Of a stretch of DNA of 63,847 nucleotides, positions 38,201-51,620 are shown one piece after another. The notes beneath the pieces are model-generated. The model was not told where the DNA came from. It ran no database searches and was given only the letters and a program-made list of their open reading frames with translations. Origin of the DNA: Octopus bimaculoides (taxonomy: Eukaryota); the NCBI RefSeq assembly GCF_001194135.2, contig NC_068983.1:417015-480861 (forward strand). Reading direction: 5' to 3'. Both the position numbers and the translations under genes were made by a program. Position 1 is the first letter of the stretch, and each line of letters starts with the position of its first letter.

Positions 38201-41200
38201 TCTTTCTTTTATGTTCTCATTCTGTACTTCGTTCTCAAGATCACCAGAACTTCGTCAAAAGTTAATTACAGGCTTTATTAAAACAATCTTGAAATCTACA
38301 ATAAAACATGTTCACTAAAATATACTTCTTAAAATATGTTTATTTATAATATCTGTTCACTGAAATATCTGTTAATTTTTTTGATATCTGTTCACTAAAA
38401 TAAATGTTCATTAAAATAGCAGCTCTTTAAGAAAGTTATTTTAAAGGGAGATAATATTTTGAATTCAGTGGGTCTGGTGATAGTTTGCATTGGCAAATAT
38501 CAGTGAATATGAAATTGTGGCAGATAATAAAAGTAGACTTGCTATGGAGATTGTAGAGTATAACGTTACGTCATCATGGTCCGTCGTGAATGAAGAAATT
38601 CGGATTAAACCTGAAGATGAGGGATGGATTAAGAGGATAATTAAGAAGATAATTAAGTGTCGAGGGTTAGATGGCTTGCATGAGGATGAGAAACCAATGA
38701 GACGAATTAAAACGTTTCACCGGAAGATAGACAGACGTTCCTGATATTAGCACGAAAGGCGATACAGTTAAAGTAGCAAGTTAATGCATTGAAGTGAGAA
38801 AGCAATATCAAACAATATCACACAGAATTTCAGAGACAATAACAGCTTAAATCATTGTAGGAAGGAAGGTATGGGATTGGAAATAGTAGAAGGGCAAAGT
38901 GATAGAAGATTTCAGTTCAATTGGAACTATTCGATTTCTTTAAGTATATTTACGATTGCATTATCCAAAGTATAATTTGTGTGTGACTTGGTTATTATTT
39001 CTAGTAAGTCAATAAACCATCTCATGGCCATCTAATGACCTCATTTTACTGTTTATAATGATTAAGTGAAACATACATGAGTTGGGGAAGTCACCATGTA
39101 AGGTTAATTTGTTTTGAGAGCCGGCTGTTGCACGAAGATTGCGTTTGAGCAAAAGTAAAACCATTTCCCAGTCTAATGTCTCCGCACTTGGAATTGTGAA
39201 GTGTTTGAAGCTAAAGGAGAAATTACTGTTATTAACGTTTGACAGTATATTTGAGTGTAAGAGGAATAAAGCTGTAGACTTTCTTGATCTTTCGCTAAGT
39301 GGGCTGCCTTCAACTGGAGATTGCGTACGTGCACTTTATTGCGGGTTCCACACTCTTGTACACCTTTTAAATCTACTCTACAAATAATTTGCTCACAGTA
39401 AATGCTTTCTTATAATTTATAATCCGACCATGAAAATTCAAGCAAAATTGTTTTTAATTAATGTCAAATGGTTCATAGAAACTTCACTTTGTAACTATTT
39501 TCCCATTTTTTAGATAAATAATATTGAGTTTTACAAACTGCAGGTTATCTAATGAAATGCTGCAGAAGATTTGAACCTGGGAACCATCGCCTCGCTATCT
39601 TTAAACAAATAACGAAAGATGTTCAAATTTCTATAGATTTTTGAAGGCAACTGTTTAATAATTATAAATGGTTTTTATTCCATTTATAATTTTATTTGAA
39701 AAGATCCACTAGTTGAAATATTTCGAAAAATAATCATTGAATAATTAGGAAACGATATATGTTTTTTTCTCCATTATATAATCTCATTCAGCTTTGTATT
39801 AAATTCACTCTTTTAGAATCAAACAAAGGAAATTCGGTGGTGTGTGTGTGTGTGTGTGTGCGTGCGCGCGCTATCTGGACATTAATACACAACAATACCA
39901 ATAGCTGATTACATTTTATTTTTTTTCCTGGATAATTGATATTATTCGTTGGATATAAAGTCAACAGATTAAAAACAAGTACAAAAACAGTTTGCATTAA
40001 CACAATTAGAAGCCAAGACACGATGAGTTTTTCTCAGAGGAAAAAAAATCCCCCCCCACTTATAACATCAAATATATTATTAATTCAATGAGATTCTTTT
40101 ATTCATAACAATTGATATAAAGTCTGTTTTTGTTTTATGCATAATTTATAGTTAATTGAATTTGGTATTTGATGAGAGCTGCCAGTTTTGCCAAGACCGC
40201 TACAATTGGGCTGTTATTATTTTCTGTATTTCTAATCTAAATTCAGTTTTATTTTTAAAAATTTGGATAAATATGTATGAAACATTTCGTGTCTAAATTT
40301 CAATAAAAAAACACAATTGTGTTAGAATCAAATATTAGGTTATAAATTATGTCTGTTCTGCTGATTAAATTTGCCGAATATAGAGCAAATTTCCAAGCAA
40401 AAAAAAAACAAAACGAAATGGAATAATAGAGAGGTTTTGTTATGACTGGCAAGCGTATCTCCGTGACAAGGAACTGTCATTATAGAGGGCAGCAGGTGTG
40501 ATAGCAATGGACACGAGATTCGTTGAGTGACTTGAGAGGGTGCTGTGCGTTTATATTTGTAGATTAGTGATACATTATAGTATTTCTCTGTTTAACATGA
40601 CACATTTTGCAATGGCTTCATAAGAACATAAAATCACAAAACATTTTTTTTGATTGCTTCTAAATATTTTTGAAGCCTGAAACCAAAACAAAACTGACCA
40701 AACATTCAGGGTCCCAGTCTCGACTTTTCGAGACAACAAAGAACCGTCATGTCTGCTGAGCAGTGAAGAGAAATATCAAAAACTCCCAACAAAACAACAA
40801 CAAAAATAGAACAACGAAAACAATTCCCCCCCACCACCACCAAAAAATCACTTGCTTTATATCGACTTCATCTCAATCATCCTTCTAAAACAAACATAAG
40901 AATTCGATTTGATTGAATTCCCCGGAGACATAGAGAACGGAAAGATAATATTTCAGATCTGCAAATCTGTTGACAACTGATTAGAGTGAGGATAAGTGAA
41001 TATTATCGATTAAATTATTAATCAATTTTGCAATAATTTAGATCTCCTTTATCGAAGTATTTGTCAGTTTCAGCATTGTTGCCAGGTTATAAACCACCCC
41101 ACCCCGGCTTCGCTCTTGACACGTTTGCACAATTCACAACTGTTAAATATTACTGAATGTAATTTGATCAAATCATTGTTTAGTGAATGTGCAAATTAAA

Positions 41201-41330
41201 GGAATATAACTTCTCGTCAAATGAATCCGACCAGGCACTCATATCAATTATTGTAATTCCACGCTTCCGTAGGCTAAGACTAATTAGTGACTAAAATTGG
41301 CTGATCGAATAGCCTCCGCCCACCATGAAA

Positions 41331-41490
41331 GTGATGGCATCTATAAACTATTCCAGACTTCATATTCCATAAATATTCAACGATGTGTACTTACAATAAC
41401 ACATTTCACACTGACGAGGTGATGGTGTCTATAAACTATTCCAGACTTCCTCTTCCATAAATATTTAACCAAGTATGCTTACAATAAAAC
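41331..41490. repeat. imperfect tandem duplication, period 88 bp
   Basis: gtgatgg..ctataaactattccagacttc..ttccataaatatt..cttacaataa at 41331 and 41419. Confidence 0.9.
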
Positions 41491-41639
41491 AGTTTTTTTT
41501 CAGTTTTACCAAATAATTGGTGTTTGTCTCTCTGAAAATAAAATATGAACATTCGAAACAGGAGGTAGACATGTTTTTCTACAATGATCAAAACCAGCTT
41601 TGCATCTAACTTCACACGGCACACTCCAGATAAACTGCT

Positions 41640-42210
41640 CAAAAAATGATCGATTCCATCTCACCAGGCCTACCACCACGTACAACAAATGTTAAAGGGC
41701 TTGTGACATGCGTTCCACTATCTCCAAACAATTTAACTCCACCCCGAGCATTGGTTGTTATCAAACTTGATTTCATATCCTCAAAACCGCAAAGACTATC
41801 ACAAAGACTGAGCTTCCTCTCTGGATTAATGGATAAGAGGTTTTCACCCTTAACAACTCCTAAACTTCTACAAGTTCAGGTGAGACCTGCATTGGCACAT
41901 TGCTTCATCATCTGGGATGGCGCTGCTGCTCCACACGCAGACACCCCAGACTGAATTGAAGATAAGAACACTTGATTGATTCACATGAAATCACTGAAAA
42001 ACGCTCCAGCTTCCACACTGCTGTTGTACTGTCTCTTCTCTCTGACATTTCCACCCTTACTGCAGTGGTCACTGTTCATCGGAACGGACTGGTCTTCAGC
42101 CTCCTAAACATTTCTACTCCGTTCATTTCTCATATTGCGTGTAGACCCCACATCCCACACTAACCACTGTTTCCGGTTCTTTTTCTGTAAATCTCTCCCT
42201 GCATATAGTT
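41640..42210 (+). mobile_element. LINE RT C-terminal fragment (CR1/Jockey/L2-like)
   Basis: SQRLSFL...QVQVRPALAHCFIIWDGAAAPH. Confidence 0.68.
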
Positions 42211-42403
42211 CCCATGCACCAGTATATAAGATCTTATATATATATATATNNNNNNNNNNNNNNNNNNNNNNNNNNNNNNNNNNNNNNNNNNNNNNNNNNN
42301 NNNNNNNNNNNNNNNNNNNNNNNNNNNNNNNNNNNNNNNNNNNNNNNNNNNNNNNNNNNNNNNNNNNNNNNNNNNNNNNNNNNNNNNNNNNNNNNNNNNN
42401 NNN

Positions 42404-42990
42404 AAATAGAGAGTGGGTGGGGATGGTGGAGAAGTATGCTAATGGTAGGAAAGTATCTTAGGCAACAAGAAACCCAGGAGGTGATATTGCAAGACTACAA
42501 CAGCAAAACCTTAATGCAATCTACAAAAGGGATGAAAATTTAACGCTGGAAAATTTCACGACCATTCCTCATCCCATTCTCAGCACACAAACACTCCACA
42601 ACTTCGATACACGGAATTTGTAGTGGTTGTAATTCCAGAGTCACATTCAGCACGTACCCTAGGGGTAAATATGAGTCATGAAATAACTTTACATGTACAC
42701 ATTACCAAGACAGCAATGATGAGTGGAGTGAATTTTTAGATTATGCAATACAAGAGAACAAAAACAAAACCCTTCTCCTTTTGTGGAGAAAATTTATACT
42801 CAGGTGCCAAGACTCCACCCCACTCATTCTCCTTCAAAGAAACTGGGCAATGTACTTGAAATAGATGTTGATGTCTTGAAGAAACACCTGGATAAGCTAT
42901 TCTCTGTGATTTTTGGCGAACAAATTTCACGGCAAGAAACGCAACTGAAGGCAGCGACATCGAACTCCCTGATTCACTAAAAAATTCAGT
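42404..42990 (+). mobile_element. CR1/L2-like LINE fragments, same family as 34760
   Basis: DIARLQQQNLNAIYK; KKHLDKLFSVIFGEQISRQETQLKAATSNSLIH*. Confidence 0.68.
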
Positions 42991-44092
42991 ACTCCAGTAT
43001 GACCACAACACTTGGGATGACACTTATAATAAAAGAATACCATATAAGAATCTATCTATCTATTTATCTATCTATCTGGACATATTTGACCTAAAAAAGG
43101 CCGTATTCACTGCCGTTTGCCGTTGAGAAAAAAACTTGTCTTAGGCAACAAGTGTTAAAAACAAAGTTATTTCACTGCAGCCTGTGTTGGGATGGTGGAC
43201 GCATTCCTAGCTTCTAGCTACCATCAGCACCCTGAACTGCACGAGGGACAACCTGGAAGTCTTCGGTTCCTCATAAAAAATTCAGTCACAACACGAACTG
43301 ATCACGTGCGACGCCGGTCTCGGTTAGAACAGGGTATCATAGTGAACATTTCAAAGCAGTGCTGTGAATAAACAAACATATTTAGATCAGTCTGTTTGAG
43401 ACATATTTGACCATCGAACCATCGAACCATCGAATTGACTGTTGGTGCTTTTTAGCATCCATTGCGTAAAGCAAGAATCTCATCGACAGCAAACAGCAGT
43501 GAATCTGGTCTTTGTACTGGTCAGATGTGTCATGAACATATTTGACTGATCTATATATGTGCGGATGTGTGAAAAGAATATATATTTATGTATGTATAAA
43601 TGTGAGTGTAGGTATCTGTGTGTGTATGTGTATGTACGTATGTATGTGTGTATGTATATGAGATATTAATATAATGATATTATTCCGCTTCAAATAATAA
43701 CTAGAATCAAATGGTTTAACAAATTTTCTCCTCCAAAACAGTTCTTCACCTAGTGACCTATTTATTTTTATTATTATTCCAAATTTTGTAAATATTCTTT
43801 AAATGTTATTAATTTTTCTTCTTTAACTCTGTTGTTATCTTCCCCATCGCAACTCAATCCCATTTCCATATATCTAAAACACTGCGGTGCTTTTTTAATG
43901 ATTTATAGTAAAAAGTGGCTGCAAGATGTAGAAGTAGGCCTTGCATTCCGACCTCTTAAAACCGTCACTAACAACGAAAACCAAAACAGGTCCTTGTGTT
44001 GGAGGGTTGTCGCATGAGTGGTGCAAAGGGCTTATAGGGAATCACCAATAAATGGTGGAGGCAGCGATGTGATCTTACAGCGCATGCCCCCG

Positions 44093-44175
<83 letters not shown>
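44093..44175. repeat. (CTA)n microsatellite
   Basis: Directly visible. Confidence 0.98.
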
Positions 44176-44974
44176 TCTTAAAGGGTTTTTGAGTTTCTAT
44201 AATGTGTGTGATTCTGTGAGAGAATCAATGGTAAATTGACGCCGAAAAAGTGGTTTTATTCCCAAAACAAATTTAACAATAATTCTAGAAAAAACATTGA
44301 ACTGTTTGAAAGAAATGGAGGACTGGATTTTCCATTCTCTGAGAATGACTGCAAATTCTTCCTCTGAAATTTATCATCAAATATTTCACCAAGATCTTAA
44401 CAGAATTTGTTATGAAACTTAGCTTCATCAGTTTTAATTACTAATATTTAACATAATATGTTATGTGATTTTTTCTATGTTGCTTTATTATATTTTTATT
44501 CTAACAGAAAAGGAAGGGCAACCCTATGCTGCACCGGACCATTTTTATTTCAGGGCCTCTGTGACTGATGGAAACAAAGGAGAAATTTATCGTTAGATTA
44601 CAAGATCCCAATGCCTCAAACTAAAACATGCAGGAGTTAAGGAGGTGGGTGGTGGTGATGGCCGTTGAGGTGTTAAACTGGACGATGGGTAAAATAGGCA
44701 AAGTCACCCAACCAAGAAGAAGAACAGTCTCTTCGAGAAAATTTTTCACGGTTTGCCTCTTCAACATTCCAATGATGAGGGGTGGGTGACCTTTAGATAT
44801 AGTAGAAGATATCTGCTTGCAAATAGGATTGAACTCGGATCCTCAATGCTCTCAAAATAATTCTTAACAATTAGCTGCAACTAATTTACATGAAGGATTA
44901 TTATAGTTTTAGTTTCTATCCACCAGTCTCTTGACTTTTTTTGTTTCTGGTCCTAAAGTATCATTGTTTATAAT

Positions 44975-45147
44975 TTTATCGTCGACAGGGTGCTAAACAT
45001 AGAGGGGATAAACAAGGACAGACAAAGGTACTTATTTAATCGACCCCGAAAATACGAAAGGCAAAGTTGACCTCGGCGGAATTTGAACTCAGAACGTAAC
45101 GGCAGACAAAATACCGCCAAGCATTTCGCCCGGCGTGCCAGCTCGCC
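44975..45147 (-). mobile_element. tRNA-derived SINE (second family)
   Basis: Reverse complement of the 49559 copy: ggcgagctggc...gagttcaaattccgccgaggtcaactttgcc. Confidence 0.85.
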
Positions 45148-45663
45148 GACCTCATTATTGTTTATAATCCATGAACAGAAAATAAACGACCAGCTGATGT
45201 CGCTGTTTGTCAAAAAATTCATTTTACTGTCACAGTTCAAAGTTCAATTCGTCAATATGATACCGTCCAGTTGATTAAGATTATGTCAGGGAAACTGTGG
45301 GACACTGGCCCTGAAAATAGCGTTCTTCCACCAATGATAGGGGCCTTGGAAAAAGGAGGTGAGCACTGTCCCTTCTTTCTCTCATATAAATCATTATAAT
45401 GTTTATATTAAAAACATTAAATATATTTAAAGATTTAATTAACTCATTATGTGGGCGGGGGGAAGCCTAATTATACCCAACTGAAGTTTCTAACAGACAT
45501 CGAGATGAAATGTGCACTTGAGTGAGTGAGAGTATGAGTGAGTGTGTGTGTCTGTGACACACCTAACAATTCTCTTGTTATAAAAAGACAAAAAGATAAA
45601 AAGACGAAGTATGAAGCGTAAATTCTGCTGTCAAATTAGTTGCTTAAAAATAATTCGTCCAAA

Positions 45664-45766
<103 letters not shown>

Positions 45767-46619
45767 CTCTAAATTAATACAACACTGGAAAAATAATCCG
45801 GGAAGCTCGGGAACGGAAAGTCCTGCATCTCTGGATCTATTGGTTTTCTGGGGACAGTTTAAATATACACTTAAAATATAAGATAAACTGAGAAAAGCAA
45901 AGAGATTGATTGTATTTGAGAGTTATACACTTCTCAAGCAGGGTTTGTTTGATAGATATTAAATCTACTTAAATATCATATTGTATTATGCATACAGTAT
46001 AATGTTTATAGGAACGAAGGAAAGTAAAGAAAGAAGACATGTAAAGAAAATGACGAAAAAATAAAGAAAACGAAGAAGAATAAAGAATACGATTTTATTG
46101 AACAGCTACAAATATAAACTGAAACACTTCTAAAGCAGATAATGTTTATCTAAATCCTCTGTATAAAGTAGAGAAGAAAACTATTTTTAACACATCGTAT
46201 GTAAACTAAGCAACTTCAGAAACAGGGTCTATTATACACAATACAGAGTACAGGATATTACATGATATTGCACAGTATTTCCGGATTTCTGGAAGCTGGA
46301 AAAGAGGCGTGTAAGTGTATAACCCTAAACTTACTATTTCATATTTGAAGTCAAGAAAGTAAAGAGAACAAGAATCAAATCACAAAGACCGAGTAATCGT
46401 AGATGTGGTGGAAGAAAGGAATATCTGCCTTACAGATACTTTAATACTCCTTTTGAATGCTCTTTACCCATCCGTCCATCCATCCATCCATCCAGCCATC
46501 CATCCATCCATCTATTCCCCCCTCTATCCTCTCTCTTTCTCTCTCCCCTCTCCCTCTCTCTCTCTCTATATATATATATATAAATTAACATAATGAGATT
46601 AAAAAACGAAGGCAGTAAA

Positions 46620-46990
46620 TAGATCTCATAACATTTATCAAGGAAAGGTCTTACAGCTGTTTCCTGATATTTTATATGTCCCTTCATCAGAGACGGTGCA
46701 AGAAAATGTTTGAGTATTAATTATTATAGAGAAGATAGGGAAGTAAGAGAATGAATATAGAAGTGAAATACATAAGGACATTGCTTTTGTAGTCCCATTA
46801 TTGAAGTAGAATGGTGTATATAAGTGGTGAAAACATTTTTTTGGTGAAGAAATGTTCTTGTACCTGGTGTGTGAATTCCAATGGTGGTTATATTTGGTCA
46901 TTCCAAGCATAGAGCCTTGTAAACAGTGTCGGTCGATCGAAGGTTTTTTTTTTAGGTGTGAATTAAAATGTGTTGGTAGTTTTAATGGAT
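46620..46990 (-). mobile_element. Penelope-like terminal/non-autonomous element (family C)
   Basis: Similar to 13330-13730, with hammerhead motif. Confidence 0.55.
46648..46694 (-). ncRNA. hammerhead ribozyme motif (family C)
   Basis: Minus strand gtct-CTGATGA-a-gggacatataaaatatcag-GAAAC-agct-GTA-agac; stem I gtct/agac intact, stem II degraded, palindromic ACAGCTGT stem III. Confidence 0.65.
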
Positions 46991-47107
46991 AAATAGAGGA
47001 AGGAGAGATGTGTATGATTAGAAAGAGGAGATGGGTCAAATCAAAAACAGGAAGAGAGAATGGGAGGAAAAGGAGAAAGAGCAAAAGGGCGGGAGACAAA
47101 AAGAAAT

Positions 47108-47228
47108 GTTTCTGTCTATCAAATCCACTTACAAGGCTTTGGTTGGCCTGAGGCTATAGTTGAAGACACCCAAGGTGCCACGCAGTGGGACTTAATCCGG
47201 AACCATGTGGTTAGGAAGCAAGCCTTTG
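47108..47228 (-). mobile_element. SINE 5' fragment
   Basis: caaatccacttacaaggctttggttggcctgaggctatag...cacgcagtgggac. Confidence 0.8.
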
Positions 47229-47399
47229 AAAAGATTATTCACGTCCATTGCATGTCTGATCACTACGACTCCCTATAGTTTTATTTATTAGTTTTCTGTC
47301 TTAACAACTGTGTCAGGTTGAGTTTGTGTTTACTCAAAAGTTTGACGTGCCTGCTTTACCCATCTTTTAATGAAATATAGAAATCTATAGAACATCACA

Positions 47400-47915
47400 A
47401 AACATTTAGAATTAACTCAAACACCTTTTCATAATTAAACCATTCTATTTGAAGGTTTCTGCTTTGTCTCTTTAGACAGTAAAGCTTTATTAATTAAAAC
47501 ATGTCTGGCACGTAGTCACACTGTGTTCTTTCAGCAGTAATTACTAAGAGGAGACTCAATGAGCTTAAAGAAAATGATATAAACAGTTTTTGTAAAGTTT
47601 GTATAAATTGTTTACATAAGAAATAACACTGAAAATTTTCTGCCAATTCAATGTTTCTTTATTTGGTTACAAGATTTATCTGTGCTACAGCAAGTCAGTT
47701 TGGGATGTCAATATGGCCTACCATAATTCTTCATGGAATACGAATAAATGGTCCCTGTAGAATGTTAATATCTGGTAACATTGCAAGCCTCTCCTTGGTT
47801 GTTTCTTACAGTTTTGGCGATAGATTCGCAATCGATAGAGTGAGGTTTTACTGTTGTTGGATAAAGTATTGATGTCGGTGGTACAATATCGATACAATAT
47901 TGATGTAATAAACAT
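47400..47915 (-). pseudogene. possible rhodopsin-class GPCR pseudogene fragment
   Basis: CYFLCKQFIQTLQKLFISFSLSSLSLLLVITAER resembles TM3 with its E/DRY position; upstream *LAVAQ (TM2-like) and Asn/Ser/Thr-rich N-terminal piece. Confidence 0.28.
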
Positions 47916-48061
47916 ATCTTTACCGATATCTATAATGACATGACAATGAATATGACAATGATTCCACCCTGGTAAAATATTCTGTTATCTAAAAACAAAA
48001 TCAAGAATTTGAAAAATCTTTCCTCAAATTATATACAACTCCTGCAGGGCCCCGCCTGCAA

Positions 48062-48250
48062 GGTCATGCGCTGTTTATCTTGATATGAGATCACTATGTC
48101 GTACACATTGTTGTGAAGCATGTACCTGGTGTACCCTTATCAGACGGGTAGTCATGATGGGTATACTGGGCTTCGCATATTTTACCCCATGCATTGCGCT
48201 CTCACATAATAATGGTAATAATAATAATAATGATAATAATAATAATAATG

Positions 48251-48311
<61 letters not shown>
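48062..48311 (+). mobile_element. interspersed-repeat 3' end followed by an (AAT)n tail
   Basis: About 150-bp higher-GC segment ending directly in (AAT)n, the same layout as the Dong-type 3' end at 63570; family assignment is inference. Confidence 0.45.
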
Positions 48312-48313
<2 letters not shown>

Positions 48314-48574
48314 CAATAAGAAGAGTGCGACAGTTATCGAATGAGCAATATTTCGACATCTCGTGTGTCTTCCACAAGTTCAAAAGAAACATCTCAATCT
48401 ACTTCAGTTTGGTAATATTTTCTCTCTTTATTAATCATAAAGGTTCAATACAGAGGAGACAAAACAAAGACAGACAAACAAATAGGGGCCAGGGATCGAA
48501 TGAGTAACAATATGTATGGTTAATAGTTTTAAGAAAGTAAAAAGTAAAATATAATCGTGTGATTAAAACAAAAT

Positions 48575-49464
48575 GAAGTGGAGGATATGGTTGACCCTCG
48601 CAAACCACATAATCGCACTGAAGACTTTGCTTCTTTCATTTCTATTTCCCGCTTAAACTGGTTCTTTTACTCTCAACACACTTGCCACAGACTTCCATCT
48701 TTTATGAAACGCACCCCACGGCAGGCATTTCTTCTCCAGCCTTATTTTTCTTTTCATATGGAAAATAAAGACGCAACTAACCTAAGGTTGGAGTTAAAAA
48801 TGCCTGTCACAATCCCTTTCATTCTCGTCTCCCATACTACCTCCTTCGCAACAGCAACTGCCGAGAGAAAAACAGCCTGCTCTTCCCTATTTAGGGAGGG
48901 CAGCGGAACAATCTTAATAATAGATTCGCTCGACAGTTGTCTTCTTCTTGAATGTGACAGCAGGTGTTCGACATAAGCCCAGAGTTCCGAAAACTTTCGG
49001 GCATTGCACAAGCGGGCATTGCAAAAGCCGGTGAAGGCGCAGACCCATGTCTAAAGAGCTTATCTCGAATTGGTAAAGCGCCTCTGTAACATTTCCATGC
49101 CAGGGATTTCTAGTAATTATGCATAAGCCCTGGCCCGAATGTTCTTCGGAATAGGCTATTGAGGTGACCCTCATCGAAACCCAGGGTTTCTCCCAGGACT
49201 TCGTCATGTTTGAACTCTACTAACCCTCTATTGAAAGACAAGGTAGAACCCCCACCACCGGTGTTGCTCGACTGGGAGAGAAGCACAAGTACCTTACGAC
49301 ACTCTGCATGACACGCGTCCAACCGCGGTCTACGCTTGATCCATGGGTCCAGTTCAGTAAACGATGTGAACCGTGGAAATATCAGCCTGATGAACGGAGA
49401 CCACATCTGTTCATCAACACCACAACTTTCATACAGAGCGAGTCGAAAACACGTCTGTACACTA
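48575..49464 (-). mobile_element. Tx1/L1-clade LINE 3' fragment (zf-RVT region)
   Basis: EQMWSPFIRLIFP...FRRTFGPGLMHNY*KSLAWKCYRGALPIRDKL; WAYVEHLLSH...VAVAKEVVWETRMKG. Confidence 0.78.
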
Positions 49465-49558
49465 AAGAAGAGTGCGACTGTCATCGAAAGAACGATATTT
49501 TGACATCTTGTGTGTCTTCCACAAGTTCAAAATAAACATCTCAATCTAATTCATTTTG

Positions 49559-49772
49559 AAGGCAGCGAGCTGGCAGAGACGTTAGCACGCCGAGCGAAAT
49601 GCTTAGCAGTATTTCGTCTGTTTTTACGTTCTAAGTTCAAATTCCGCCGAGGTTGACTTTGCCTTTCATCCTTTCGGGATCGATAAATTAAGTACCAGTT
49701 GCGTACTGGGATAGATCTAATCGACTAGACCCCTCCCCCAAAATGTCGGGCCTAGTGCCCAGAGTAGAAAAG
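49559..49772 (+). mobile_element. tRNA-derived SINE with 16-bp target-site duplication
   Basis: TSD aatcta(a/c)ttcattttg at 49543-49558 and 49773-49788; body contains cctttcatcctttcgggatcgataaa, resembling a Nin/Deu-type central domain. Confidence 0.9.
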
Positions 49773-49854
49773 AATCTACTTCATTTTGGTAATATTTAAT
49801 GGATTGATGTTACTCCTCCAGAAAGTAAAGAAACAATAAGAAGAGTGCGACTGT

Positions 49855-49892
<38 letters not shown>

Positions 49893-49897
49893 TAATA

Positions 49898-51620
49898 ACG
49901 TGAAAGATTAGTCCGTGATGCTGATAAAAGTCGACTTTCTGGGGTAAGATATGGACTAAGTAAGAACAACATAATACTACAGCTGAATGGCTCTGCAGCT
50001 CGAAGCAAACAGCTTCTTATCCCCAACAAGAGGCTATCCACTTCACAGAAGACAGTATCAGAAATATGAGTAAAAAGATAAGAAATTGGAAAGCAGGAAG
50101 ACCTGATGGTGTACAAGGATTTTGGATGAAAAAGTTCAGTAGTTGCCATAAATTGATTGCAGAGCAATTTAATGCATTGGTCAATGGAGAAGAAGAAATC
50201 TCGGGATGGTTGACAAAAGGACGAACAGAGATGTGCCTGAAGGATGCATCAAAGGGAAATGTTGCTGATAATTACAGACCAATTTCCTGTCCCCACCCCG
50301 TTAATGTGGAAGTTACTGTCAGGAGGAATTGCAGAAGAACTGTACAAATTTCTTGATGAGAACGATATATTATCGACGGAACCAAAAAGGCTGCAGAAGG
50401 AGATGCAGAGGTACCAAAGATCAATTATTGATAGACAAAATGGTAATGCAAGATTGTAAACGAAGAAGACCACATTTGGGAATGGCTTGGATTGACTGTC
50501 GCAAAGCTTGTGCTATGATTCCCCATTTGTGAATCATCGAGTGTTTAGGTCTGTTTGGAATTGCGAGGAATGTAACGTGTTTCTTGAAGAGAAGTATGGT
50601 GGGATGGAAAACTGAATTGACATCTTACGGAAAAAGCTTAGGCACCCTGGGTATCAGAAGAGGGATTTTCCAGGGTAATTGCTTATCTCCATTGCTTTTT
50701 GTTTACTGCGTAATACCCCTGACCTTGGTACTTAGGACCATGAACCTGGGGTACCAACTAAAGGGAAATTCTCAAACAATCAGCCACTTACTCTTCATGG
50801 ATAATTTGAAACTGTATTGCAAGGATGAGACACGAGTGAGTTCCTCGGTGAACACGGCCCACTGTTTTTGTACTGATATTAGAATGGAATTTGGACTCAA
50901 GAAATGCGGAGTAATTTACCCAAAAAGAAGCAAGGTGCAGTCGTTAGCAGGGATAGAATTACCGGATAGAGACTTGATTAAGCAAATTCAAACGGAAGGA
51001 CACAAATACTTTGGTGTTCTAGAGTTCAACGAAATAATGGAGAAGGAAATGAAAGAGCAACTGAGGATGGAGTATTTCCGAAGAGCGAGGTTGGTGTTGG
51101 GCTCAAAATTGATTGGGCAGAATAAAATTCAGTTAATACGTGGGCGATAGCATCACTTCGGTATGGATCGGGAATAATAAAATGGCAAAAGGGAGAAGTG
51201 ATGAAATTGGATACCAAGATCAGAAAAATATTGACAGTACAGGGAGCCATCCACCCTAAGAGTGACACCGATAGGCTGTATTTGTCCAGATGAAAAGGTG
51301 GGAGAGGTCTGATCAGTTGCCAGGACTGTATCGAAGCAGAGGAAAACAGCTTAGGGCGGTATATAAAAATGCCGTGGAGCCATTATTAAAACATATGAAG
51401 AAGGCCGGTGTCATCAGAAGTGAAAATTGTGTAAAGAAAGAAAAATTTAAGCAAGAAATGAACACACACCCACAAAAGAAAAAAGCATGGAAAGAAAAGA
51501 AAATGTATGGTCAGTTTGCAAGAGATGTGAACGCGAAGACAGATACAGAGGACCAGTGGCTATTTATGAGGAGGAGTGACCTGAAGATAGAGAAAGAAGC
51601 ACTCATATCACAAAGATATT
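49898..51620 (+). mobile_element. R4/Dong-type RLE retrotransposon, RT region, frameshifted
   Basis: NWKAGRPDGVQGFW, NYRPISC, GIFQGNCLSPLLF, SHLLFMDNLKLY, HKYFGVLE; preceded directly by (AAT)n. Confidence 0.92.

Noticed and set aside
49388-49415. ctgatgaac...gttcatca as another hammerhead
   Set aside because: No GAAA box; lies inside Tx1 coding sequence
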